A stretch of 64,000 nucleotides of DNA, taken from IMG/VR virus record IMGVR_UViG_3300036958_000333, positions 128,001 to 192,000 of that record; one strand, given 5' to 3'. A program made the translations under genes and the position numbers. Numbering within the stretch: the first letter of the stretch is position 1; every line of letters begins with the position of its first letter. Shown here piece after piece: positions 49,734 to 59,039 of the stretch. The notes beneath the pieces are model-generated. The model was not told where the DNA came from. It made no database searches and was given only the letters and a program-made list of their open reading frames with translations. The DNA comes from a virus (lineage: Duplodnaviria > Caudoviricetes).

Positions 49734-50855
49734 TTACTTTGTTATGCCTGCTAATTTTCTCATATAATCAGATTCAGACATAATAATATTTCTATTGGCT
49801 CTTTTGTCTACGGCTCTCTCTGTAATTAATTCGTGTTCAGAAATTACACTTCCGCGACCTTCTACTTCCTCTGCATTTCTTTCTGATAACCTTCTTTGTA
49901 TTCTTCTTTCTATATCATCACCTCGATATATACTGTTTTTATTTTTAATATAATCAATATCATCTTTATAATCATTGTCATTATACTCATTGTCATCATC
50001 ATCATCTTCATCTAAATCAATCTTTCGATTTTTAAAATCCTCATCTCTAGTATAAATACCTTTATCTTTTTTATTATAAATACCTCTATCTTCGAGTGAT
50101 TTAGGACGATATTTTTTCGAAGAACTTTCTGTTAAAAGTCTCATATTTTTAGCTTTAATTGTTTTGTTTTCTGCCTTTAATCTTTTAATACTTTCCTCTA
50201 AATTTTCTATTTTTTCAGATACAGAATCATCAATTTCACTAGAGCTTAGAGAAGACGATACGATTTTTTTGATTTTATCAAATGCAACTTTATGTTCTAG
50301 AATTTCTGGAGAATTTTGTAATTCTCTTTTTACGGCTTCTGTAATTTCATCAACTCTTTCTTCAAGGAATCCATCGATTTTTTCAACAAGATCATTTTTC
50401 ATATCTTCTATTTGTCTCATATATTCTTCATATAAGTTTTGCTCTAATTGTTCATTATAAGCTTTTTCTTCTTCAATCATGTTCTTAGCAATTTCATACT
50501 GCTCATTTAGAAATGATTCAAATTCATTGGCTTGTCTTTGTAATTGTTCATCTTTTTCTTGAATTTCTAATTTAGCTTGTTCATATCCTTCAATTGCTTT
50601 ATCAATATTTTCTTGCAATTTATATTCATTTTGTTCTTTAATTTCTTCAATCTTATTTTCATAAGATTCTTTAATGCTTTTCATTTGCTGATCCCATTCA
50701 CTATATGATGATTCTAATGTTCTTTCATATTCTTCTTTGAGATTTTCTCTTGTATTTTCAACAAATTCATTAATAGCTCTTTCGACATTAGAAACCTGAT
50801 CTCTAGGAATAAGATTTTTTACGCTTTCTAATATAACATCTTTTAATCTTGACAT
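49734..50855 (-). CDS. gp22: prohead scaffold/core protein (gp22-like)
   Basis: Glu-rich coiled coil, LVEKIDGFLE, position between protease and capsid. Confidence 0.8.
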   Translation of the reverse strand: MSRLKDVILESVKNLIPRDQVSNVERAINEFVENTRENLKEEYERTLESSYSEWDQQMKSIKESYENKIEEIKEQNEYKLQENIDKAIEGYEQAKLEIQEKDEQLQRQANEFESFLNEQYEIAKNMIEEEKAYNEQLEQNLYEEYMRQIEDMKNDLVEKIDGFLEERVDEITEAVKRELQNSPEILEHKVAFDKIKKIVSSSLSSSEIDDSVSEKIENLEESIKRLKAENKTIKAKNMRLLTESSSKKYRPKSLEDRGIYNKKDKGIYTRDEDFKNRKIDLDEDDDDDNEYNDNDYKDDIDYIKNKNSIYRGDDIERRIQRRLSERNAEEVEGRGSVISEHELITERAVDKRANRNIIMSESDYMRKLAGITK

Positions 50856-50887
50856 GTTTTAATCTCCCATTAAAATTTTTTATATAT

Positions 50888-51577
50888 TTAATCTTTAATT
50901 GATTCTTTAAAAAGTTCTCCAATTAATCCTATTAATTGATGTGAATCTACATTATTGTTTCTATTAATGTTGTTAGTAGTATTTATTAACGAAGATTGTT
51001 TTTTTTGTTGAAATTTTTGAGGATTATTACGAAAACGGTTTTTTATACTTTCTCCAATTTGTTGTGAAACAAATGCGCTTGGAGTAGAAGGATCAGCGAC
51101 AACATCAAATGTAATTAATTTGAAAGTTTCATCAACTATCATTGTACCATCTTTATCTGTCTTTCCGTTTCCAATACCACGAGAAGATATTCCAACAGGA
51201 ATTCCACATCTAATAATAGTTTCTAATATTTTTCCGGCTGGAGTTGGAAGTATTTCTCCTTCACCATATAAAACATTATCAATCCACCAAAGTCTTGTTA
51301 TTAAATGTGATGCATTTTCTAAATGGATAATAGAATCAGATGGATGATCTAATTCTCCAAATAACCTTCTTTCTAATATTATTGGATCTAATCTGCATCT
51401 TTCTCTTTCAAGAAGATTATATCTATATAATCTTCCATTTTTATTTTTAACTTCAGCTTCTTGAAATTTACCTTTAAATTTTACAAAACCATTAGAATTT
51501 GCAGATTCATTAACTTCAATTTCAATCATTGAACTTCCAACGCAATCACATATTAAATATTTTTTTTCTTTTTCCAT
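50888..51577 (-). CDS. gp21: prohead protease (gp21-like)
   Basis: G.FQ.AEVKN.NGR.Y, GELDHP, SHLI, TPAG.I, GISSRG.G, D.VADPSTP.A. Confidence 0.95.
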   Translation of the reverse strand: MEKEKKYLICDCVGSSMIEIEVNESANSNGFVKFKGKFQEAEVKNKNGRLYRYNLLERERCRLDPIILERRLFGELDHPSDSIIHLENASHLITRLWWIDNVLYGEGEILPTPAGKILETIIRCGIPVGISSRGIGNGKTDKDGTMIVDETFKLITFDVVADPSTPSAFVSQQIGESIKNRFRNNPQKFQQKKQSSLINTTNNINRNNNVDSHQLIGLIGELFKESIKD

Positions 51578-51590
51578 TAATTTGTTCCTT

Positions 51591-53468
51591 TTAGCTTAAA
51601 TCTAAATTTCTCGAATCGAGAGATTTAGGAGCCATTGGGTTTTGAACAACTCCATTTTTCATAACATTAAAATCTTTATATTTATCCGGATTAAATAAAT
51701 CTAATTTATTAGGATCAAATTCTTTTTCTTTTAAAGAATATTTATCACTTAAAACATATGAGTACATCTCTTCGTCACCGATATACGAGTCTTTTGTAGA
51801 TTTTTTGGTTAATTTTTCATAATCATTTTTATCTAAATCTATATTGTCTCTAAAATGACAGGGTTCTTTGAATACCAATTGATTTAAAGTATAATCATTT
51901 TGGACTCTTGTTAATAAAGAACCAACAATATTTTTAACAAGATTTTCATTAAACGGATTAGATTTAATTCTACCAGCTATTTTACGATATTCTAAAATAA
52001 GCTGTTGAACTTCTTTATCTTTGATAATTTCTGTATTTTCAGCTTCTGATTCTAATATATCGGCAACTTTTTCTATAGTTTCATAAAGATTGTTTATGAC
52101 TTTAAATTGTTTATTTGCTCTATCATAAATATCTTCATAATATCTTGAAGAAATTTCTTCAAAAGCTTCATAATCATCATCAGAAACCTCTTCGTCTAAT
52201 GAAACAACTTCGTCAATAGCACAATATTTTGCAATATCATAAGCCTGATCATTATATATTTTGTGAGCTAATTTTCTTAAACCAATAGCAATATCTTCGC
52301 ATAAATAAAAATCATACCCACTTTCTCCTCTAGATTCTAATATTCTAGAAATCATTGAAGATAATTCATCTTTGGATACATATATAATTTCTGGATTTTC
52401 AGCAACAATATCAATCAATGCCTCTTCTATTGCCTCTCCATCACCCATATTGTTATCTCTTTTAATTTGAACTATTTTATCCGAAAAATCAGAGTCTTTT
52501 TCTTTTTTTGAAAACTTATTTCTTGCAGCATGAACTTTAACGCGATGTTTTTTAGACTTAACACCCATTGATTTCTTTTTATTATCTTTATCTTTTGTAT
52601 CTACCTCTACTTCATCTATTTCTTCATCCTCATCTTTATCTTCGTCATCTTCGTCATCTTCGTCTTCATCATCTTTGTCATCTTCATCTTCATCATCTTT
52701 GTCATCTTCATCTTCAATATCATCATCTATATCTTCATTTTCATCATCGTTATATTTGTCTTTTTTATTTTTTTTCTTTATTTTTACGTCTTCAACCTCG
52801 TCTTTTCCGACAATTTCGTCCGTATCTTTTAATGCTTCGATTAAATATTTCATCGAAGATATATAATTTGGAAGTTGATGGGCGTATTCCTCTAAACAAG
52901 GATCAACTGCTTTTAATGTCATTAATTCATCAGACGTAGATGTTAAAGATCCATATCTTCCATCTGATTTTCTAGATGATCTAATTTTTCCTTGTCTTTC
53001 TTGGTCTTCTTCATCTGCATTAAAACATCCACTATCTCCTGGAGCATGTCCTGTTTTTGCAGCTTTCTTTTTAACCATTTCTGTTATCGGAAATTTATAC
53101 ATTAGTTCTTCCCAACTTTCATTTGCAGATTCATTATCATCATTTTGAAGAGAGTTTATCATATTCTTTAAAATTTTCTTTCTTGATTTCTGTTTTGAAG
53201 ATTCGTCTAATATTATTTTCTCAAAATTATTAAATTTAATAGTATCATTTTCTGTAAATCTATAACGAGCTTTTAAGAAAATATTAGGATTATCTTCTGA
53301 AGCAAATACAACATAGTCATCATTAATATTTTCAACTTTAAGTTTCTTTTTAAAAGCTTTTCGAAGTTTATTACTAGCTTTACAAATCTCGTCTCTAATA
53401 TTATCATGTGACCTTTTTCGAATTGCTTCAAATGTTTCTTGTCCTATTTTTCTAGTTTTCATCAACAT
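51591..53468 (-). CDS. large acidic prohead-core-like protein
   Basis: 625 aa, D/E tract, directly upstream of gp21; AAGGAG RBS. Confidence 0.7.
   Translation of the reverse strand: MLMKTRKIGQETFEAIRKRSHDNIRDEICKASNKLRKAFKKKLKVENINDDYVVFASEDNPNIFLKARYRFTENDTIKFNNFEKIILDESSKQKSRKKILKNMINSLQNDDNESANESWEELMYKFPITEMVKKKAAKTGHAPGDSGCFNADEEDQERQGKIRSSRKSDGRYGSLTSTSDELMTLKAVDPCLEEYAHQLPNYISSMKYLIEALKDTDEIVGKDEVEDVKIKKKNKKDKYNDDENEDIDDDIEDEDDKDDEDEDDKDDEDEDDEDDEDKDEDEEIDEVEVDTKDKDNKKKSMGVKSKKHRVKVHAARNKFSKKEKDSDFSDKIVQIKRDNNMGDGEAIEEALIDIVAENPEIIYVSKDELSSMISRILESRGESGYDFYLCEDIAIGLRKLAHKIYNDQAYDIAKYCAIDEVVSLDEEVSDDDYEAFEEISSRYYEDIYDRANKQFKVINNLYETIEKVADILESEAENTEIIKDKEVQQLILEYRKIAGRIKSNPFNENLVKNIVGSLLTRVQNDYTLNQLVFKEPCHFRDNIDLDKNDYEKLTKKSTKDSYIGDEEMYSYVLSDKYSLKEKEFDPNKLDLFNPDKYKDFNVMKNGVVQNPMAPKSLDSRNLDLS
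52621..52750. repeat. imperfect tandem repeat encoding DEDDKD/DEDDED
   Basis: TCATCTTC(G/A)/TCATCTTTG units. Confidence 0.75.
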
Positions 53469-53596
53469 TCTCCTTATACTAATCTAATATTTGAATTTAT
53501 ATACAATTCTTATATACATTATCTTTAGTAGCTATATATTAAATATTATCAACATTTTTTAAAAATATTTTATAAATTTTATGTATATAAATTTAA

Positions 53597-54115
53597 ATGA
53601 AAGAATTTATTGATTACATGAATACAAATAATGAAGAAAAAAGCAAAGAAAACGATTATAGCAACTCAGAATTATAAGAATTATGTTTAAAAGCAGTTAA
53701 ATCTTTTGGATGTTCACTTATGTTTATTCCTGAAGATTATCCTTCTGAAAAAGTACAATTTGCTGCTGTTAAACAAGAAGGAGCATATATATCATATATT
53801 AATAATCCAACAAAATATGTACAACATGAAGCAGTACGTCAAAATATTGATAATATATTTTATATAAAAAATCCTGATCCAAATGTTGTATTTTATTGTA
53901 TGGCTTCTGATCCAGAATTATTAAAAAATGAAAAAGAAAGAAGAGAAAAAATTCCATTCTATAAAGACCTTCCAGAAAATTATTTTCAAGATTTATCATT
54001 GGAAGTTCAGAAAATGTTAGTAAAATATGATGTAGCATTTACATTAATAATACCAAATTTACATCCTAAATTAAAAACTAAACTAACTAATGTTAGAAAC
54101 ATAGGATTGATTTAA
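53597..54115 (+). pseudogene. helical-repeat paralog with an in-frame premature TAA
   Basis: ATG 53597 MKEFIDYMN...SEL*ELCLKAVK is in frame with ORF 53720-54115; TAA at 53675-53677. Confidence 0.7.
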
Positions 54116-54197
54116 TAAAAAACTATATCAATCTATTTAAATTTTTCCTATTATATACATATATAAATATTATTATATTGTTTTCTAAGGAAAATTT

Positions 54198-57100
54198 ATG
54201 AAACCATGGGAAAAATTATTTGATATTTTTAGTTCTGTATTTTCAAGAGATCTTTCTAAAGAAATACCTAGTCCATCATCACTCTCTGGAGCGGGAATAG
54301 GACAAGCCGACTCAGTAGGATCATCTGAATACCTTGAAGGCGGATCAACATTCAACCACTCCATAGAACTAACAGACCTAAATGACTTCCTAGAAGTTGG
54401 AGAACATACAGATAGAAAAGCTAGATATCTAGAATATGACAGAATGGAAAATATACCAGAAATATCATCTAGTCTAGACACTTATGCAGATGAAATAACA
54501 GTCCCAGATGTAAATGGAAAAATATTTGATGTAAAAACACCAAACAACGGAATAAAAAAAGAATTAGAATGGCTATTCAATAATATGCTACACCTTGACG
54601 ATGGAACACTATGGTCATGGGCTAGAAATATATGCAAAAATGGAGATATATTTCTTGAAATAATTATAAACAGCGAACACCCAGAATATGGAATACAAAA
54701 AATAATGGAACTACCTCCTGAAACTATGTACAGAATTGAAACAGTCAGAGGAAGACTAATCGAATTCCAACAATCATATCTTGGACCAGATTACCAAGCC
54801 GTAGTAAATGATATAAAATCTAATAACCAAGAAAATAAACAACAAACAATTAATATTCCAACATTTGCATATATGACAACAACCGGAGAATTCCCAACAT
54901 CTAATACCATAAGATTCACCCCACAACAAATAATACATATGAAAATAGGAAATAAAAGAAGAGGCTTTTACCCATATGGAATATCAATACTATATGCCGG
55001 AAGAAGAATAGCGCATCTACTAAAACTAATGGAAGATGCTATGGTAATATACAGATTAACTAGATCAACAGAAAGAAGAATATTCTACATAGATATTGGA
55101 ACATTACAACCTAATAAAGGCGAAGCGGTAATAGAAAGAATAAAAGATAAAATAAAAAAGAAAAAAATATACAACAGACATACAGGACAAATAGATGAAC
55201 GTTATAACCCGTGGGCGCTTGATGAGGATTTCTTTATTCCAACTAGACCAGAATCAAATACAAGAGTTGAAACTTTACCGGGAGCATGTTTGTCATTAGA
55301 TACAAACATTCCATTGTTAGATGGTAGAGTTTTAAAATTAAAAGATATAATTGATGAATATAATAATAGAAAACAAAACTGGGTTTATAGTTGTAATCCA
55401 TCAAATGGTGATATTGTTCCAGGTTTAATTAGTTGGGCTGGTATTACAAGAAAAAATACAAATGTTGTTAAAATTATATTTGATAATAATGAAGAATTAA
55501 TTTGTACACCAGATCATAAATTTCCAATTATTGGAAAAGGAAAAGTTCAAGCAAAAGATTTGGTTATAGGTGAAAGCATAATTCCATTTTATACAAGAAA
55601 GTGTTCTACTGGACACAAAAGAGATTATATTCAAGTATACAATAATTATACGAAAAGATGGAAATTCGTTCATAGATTAGTGGCTGAATATTTTAAAAAC
55701 ACAGATCTTTATAATGAATTTTTATTTAATGAACAATATAAAGAAAATAAAAAAGGATTAGTTCATCATAAAGATTATAATAGATATAATAATAATCCAG
55801 ATAATTTATATTGGATGAATTTACAAGATCATTCTGATTTTCATTCAACTAATTATTATTCTAAAGATTTAAAAGTAAAAATGCATAATGGTCTTAAAAA
55901 ATATTTTAAAAATTTAACAAAAGAACAAAGAGAAATAAAAAGAATTATTTCTTATAAAAATATATTAATTGGTTTAAATAAATATTTACATAGATTAAAA
56001 TCAGATAAAAATTATTCAGAATATTGTATAGAAAGAAGAAAAGAAGGTTTTAAAAAATCAAAAATATTAAATCCAGAAAAATGGGAAAAAAGAAGCAAAC
56101 AACTATCTGAGCTCAATAAAAAAAGATTTTCAAATCCAGAATTTAAAAAAATGATAAAAGAAAAAGTATCTTTAAAATTTGATTATAAATTATTAAAAAC
56201 AGTTGTCGATATATTTAATAAAAGATATAATATAACACAAGTAATAAATAGTTTAAATAAAAACAAAGAATTTATAAATCATTTTATTGAATTAAATAAA
56301 CATATAGTTAGGTCTAACTTTAAAGAGTGTGTAAAGTCAAAAGGTTTTACTGCAAACCATTTAAATAAAATGTTAATTTATTTTGGATATAAAAATACAA
56401 AACATTTTATTAAAGAACATAAATATCTAAATCATAGAATTGTAAAAATCGAATATTTAAATGAAAAAATGGATACTGGAACATTAACAATTGATGTTAA
56501 TGAAAAATATCATAATTTTCATACATTTGCAATTAATAATATTGGATTTGTATACAATTCGAATCTTGATCAGATAGATGATACAAAGTACTTTCGTGAG
56601 AAATTGATGGTTGCCCTGAAGTTGCCGAAAAATTATTTATTTCAGGAAGAGGTTTCAATTACAAGAACAAATTTTGCTACACAGGATATGCGTTTTGCTA
56701 GGGCTATTTATCGTGTTCAAAAGGTTTTGTCATATGGTTTGCGACAGATAGCAATAAGACATTTAACATTAAAAGGATATCCTGATAGTGATATTAAAGA
56801 TATAAAGATAGATTTTACATCTCCATCTGATTGGTTAGAATTATCAAGGGCAGAGTTGTTAAGTAGTAGATATAATTTGGCATCTTCTATAAAGGGTTCA
56901 ATGATTTATGATGATTTTACAATATTGACAAAATTGTTAAATCATACTGACGAGGAAGCTCGTGAAATTATAGATAGAATAGAGGCTCAACAATTAAGAA
57001 TGCAGGAAATTCAGGCTCAGGGTCAAATATTTGCTCAACTAGCTACGGCAGAGGCTCAGAATCCTTATGCAGAGCCTAGCCAAGAACCTGAACAAACTCC

Positions 57101-57287
57101 TCCAGAAAATATTAATCCTTCTGATATAATAGAAAAGAGCCCAGAGGAAGAAAAGTCTACCAGTGTTCCTGAAAAAGAAGGTAGTGTTAAAAAGCCAACT
57201 CGTAGTAAAAAGAAATTAAAAAGATATGTTGATTTTTCAGATTTAGAAGCTGATGAAGAAGAAACAGATATCAACTACGATTTATAA
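54198..57287 (+). CDS. gp20: portal protein (gp20-like) containing an intein
   Basis: PEISS.LD..ADE, R....GD.F, L.LMEDAMVIYR.TR..ERRIFYIDIG, EDFFIP, ETLPG, DD..YF..KL..AL..P. Confidence 0.95.
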   Translation: MKPWEKLFDIFSSVFSRDLSKEIPSPSSLSGAGIGQADSVGSSEYLEGGSTFNHSIELTDLNDFLEVGEHTDRKARYLEYDRMENIPEISSSLDTYADEITVPDVNGKIFDVKTPNNGIKKELEWLFNNMLHLDDGTLWSWARNICKNGDIFLEIIINSEHPEYGIQKIMELPPETMYRIETVRGRLIEFQQSYLGPDYQAVVNDIKSNNQENKQQTINIPTFAYMTTTGEFPTSNTIRFTPQQIIHMKIGNKRRGFYPYGISILYAGRRIAHLLKLMEDAMVIYRLTRSTERRIFYIDIGTLQPNKGEAVIERIKDKIKKKKIYNRHTGQIDERYNPWALDEDFFIPTRPESNTRVETLPGACLSLDTNIPLLDGRVLKLKDIIDEYNNRKQNWVYSCNPSNGDIVPGLISWAGITRKNTNVVKIIFDNNEELICTPDHKFPIIGKGKVQAKDLVIGESIIPFYTRKCSTGHKRDYIQVYNNYTKRWKFVHRLVAEYFKNTDLYNEFLFNEQYKENKKGLVHHKDYNRYNNNPDNLYWMNLQDHSDFHSTNYYSKDLKVKMHNGLKKYFKNLTKEQREIKRIISYKNILIGLNKYLHRLKSDKNYSEYCIERRKEGFKKSKILNPEKWEKRSKQLSELNKKRFSNPEFKKMIKEKVSLKFDYKLLKTVVDIFNKRYNITQVINSLNKNKEFINHFIELNKHIVRSNFKECVKSKGFTANHLNKMLIYFGYKNTKHFIKEHKYLNHRIVKIEYLNEKMDTGTLTIDVNEKYHNFHTFAINNIGFVYNSNLDQIDDTKYFREKLMVALKLPKNYLFQEEVSITRTNFATQDMRFARAIYRVQKVLSYGLRQIAIRHLTLKGYPDSDIKDIKIDFTSPSDWLELSRAELLSSRYNLASSIKGSMIYDDFTILTKLLNHTDEEAREIIDRIEAQQLRMQEIQAQGQIFAQLATAEAQNPYAEPSQEPEQTPPENINPSDIIEKSPEEEKSTSVPEKEGSVKKPTRSKKKLKRYVDFSDLEADEEETDINYDL
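55287..56558 (+). mobile_element. intein with HNH homing endonuclease (424 aa) in the portal
   Basis: A|CLSLDT block A, CTPDHKF block B, VHRLVA..HHKDYNRYNN.PDNL HNH, YHNFHTF...VYN|S end. Confidence 0.92.
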
Positions 57288-57375
57288 AATTAGAAAAAGT
57301 TTATTAAAATAATTAAAAAAAATTAAAGGCGATTATAGAATTGTTTTAATAAATTATATTGTAGAGGAAAATTTC

Positions 57376-57930
57376 ATGAAAAATAATGATATAAAAATAG
57401 ATTTTAGTATAAACATTGATGGAGAAACATTAAAAAATGAAATTAGTATTTTTAAACCTTATGTAAAAACAAAGGAATATTATAATAATTTTTTTAGTGC
57501 TTCTATGAAATATATTGTTAATATTGTTTATACTAAAAAAATAGATTACAATAATTTAATGTTATTTATAGAAAATATATTATTGCCAAATGGAGAATTT
57601 GATATAAAAGTTTATGACTCAAATGACAATAATATTTTAAATATTATATGTAACGAAAGTGAAATTTATAATTATGGATATTATATTAATACATATATTT
57701 CTTATAGGATTAATATTAAAAATCAAGATATGATCAACTCATTAAATTGTAAAGAGGAAGCTTTTCTATCAAATATTAATACTTTTATAGAAAAAATAAA
57801 GAATAGCATAATATTTAACGAAATAAAAAACAAATTAATATATTTTTTAGATAAAGAAATTATCACAAAAGCAATAAAAATAAATCCAGATAACTTACAA
57901 ATAATAAAAAAATTAAATATAAAATATTAA
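57376..57930 (+). CDS. hypothetical protein
   Basis: GAGG RBS; C-terminal KAIKINPDNLQ resembles one helical-repeat unit. Confidence 0.65.
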   Translation: MKNNDIKIDFSINIDGETLKNEISIFKPYVKTKEYYNNFFSASMKYIVNIVYTKKIDYNNLMLFIENILLPNGEFDIKVYDSNDNNILNIICNESEIYNYGYYINTYISYRINIKNQDMINSLNCKEEAFLSNINTFIEKIKNSIIFNEIKNKLIYFLDKEIITKAIKINPDNLQIIKKLNIKY

Positions 57931-57937
57931 AATAAAG

Positions 57938-58669
57938 TTAATATAAGTTTATTATATATTTTCCTGGTTCTTTTTGTATATATGTTTCTTCTATATAAAG
58001 ATATTCAAAATCATTATTAAAAAATTTATCTAAATTATATTGTTTTTCATTTAATTCATTTATTATTTTAATTGTTTTTAATTTTTTATTAATTATAAAT
58101 TTAGTACTTTTTTCTTTTTCTATTTTAAAAAAAGGTAAATTTTGTCTAAACTGCTTGTCGAATCTATTATTTTTAAATTCATCGAGAAAAACATTACAAT
58201 GATTATCAAAAAAAAATAAAGTTAAACTATAATAATCGTTTCCCCTAGTTGTTATATTAGTATATTCTTTTTGCATAAAAAACGATATTTGACTAGGTTT
58301 TATACATGTAATATCAAATTCTACTTGTTCTTTATTTAAATGTATAGAAAAAGGAATATTATTTTGTTTATTTATAATTTTAAATTTCTCTGAATTATTA
58401 ATATCAAAATTATCTGAAGAGTTTATAATCAAAACACTATCATTATCAGAAACCAAATCAAATAATATAAATTCTTCTATTAACTTATCATCAACAAACC
58501 AATCTATAAAAAAATCATGATGTTTTTTTACTTTTATAACATGTTTTCCAGGACTAACAGATACACTTTTATATTTTGAATCTATTGATAGATGTATAAT
58601 ATTTGTATTTTCTATTTCACAAAATCTTTCGCAATCATTGTTTAAATTATCTATAATAATATTTTTCAT
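57938..58669 (-). CDS. hypothetical protein
   Basis: 243 aa ORF. Confidence 0.65.
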   Translation of the reverse strand: MKNIIIDNLNNDCERFCEIENTNIIHLSIDSKYKSVSVSPGKHVIKVKKHHDFFIDWFVDDKLIEEFILFDLVSDNDSVLIINSSDNFDINNSEKFKIINKQNNIPFSIHLNKEQVEFDITCIKPSQISFFMQKEYTNITTRGNDYYSLTLFFFDNHCNVFLDEFKNNRFDKQFRQNLPFFKIEKEKSTKFIINKKLKTIKIINELNEKQYNLDKFFNNDFEYLYIEETYIQKEPGKYIINLY

Positions 58670-58717
58670 ATGTTTCTATTATATATAATAGAAAATAATA
58701 AGGAAAAATAATAAAAA

Positions 58718-58978
58718 ATGCCAATATATGATCATAAATGTAAAAAATGCAATAAGATATCTGAACATCTTTATTCTAATAGTAAAGATATAGAAAAAGA
58801 ACCTATTTTATGTCCTTTTTGTAATGAAATAACGGAAAGAATTATAAGCAATGTTCACTTTGGGTGGGAAAGAAAAATATATAAAACATTTGTAAAAGCC
58901 GAAGATGAAAGAGCCGAAGCCGAACAAAAAGATCATATGGGAAAAAATCCGTACAGTCTATTTCAAGACGAACAATAA
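58718..58978 (+). CDS. FmdB-family zinc-ribbon protein
   Basis: MPIYDHKCKKC...CPFC...ERIIS. Confidence 0.85.
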   Translation: MPIYDHKCKKCNKISEHLYSNSKDIEKEPILCPFCNEITERIISNVHFGWERKIYKTFVKAEDERAEAEQKDHMGKNPYSLFQDEQ

Positions 58979-58981
58979 TAT

Positions 58982-58989
58982 TTAAGCGA
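58982..58989 (+). promoter_or_regulatory. TTAAGCGA motif (copy 5)
   Basis: 50 nt upstream of the clpP-like ATG. Confidence 0.5.
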
Positions 58990-59039
58990 AAAAAAAATAA
59001 ACTTTTTAATTATAAAAATATTAATAAAGGAGAATTTAT

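Noticed and set aside
9711..54106. Diversity-generating retroelement TR/VR pair between the repeat-protein C-termini
   Set aside because: Mismatches are not confined to adenines, both copies are coding, and there is no reverse transcriptase in the window
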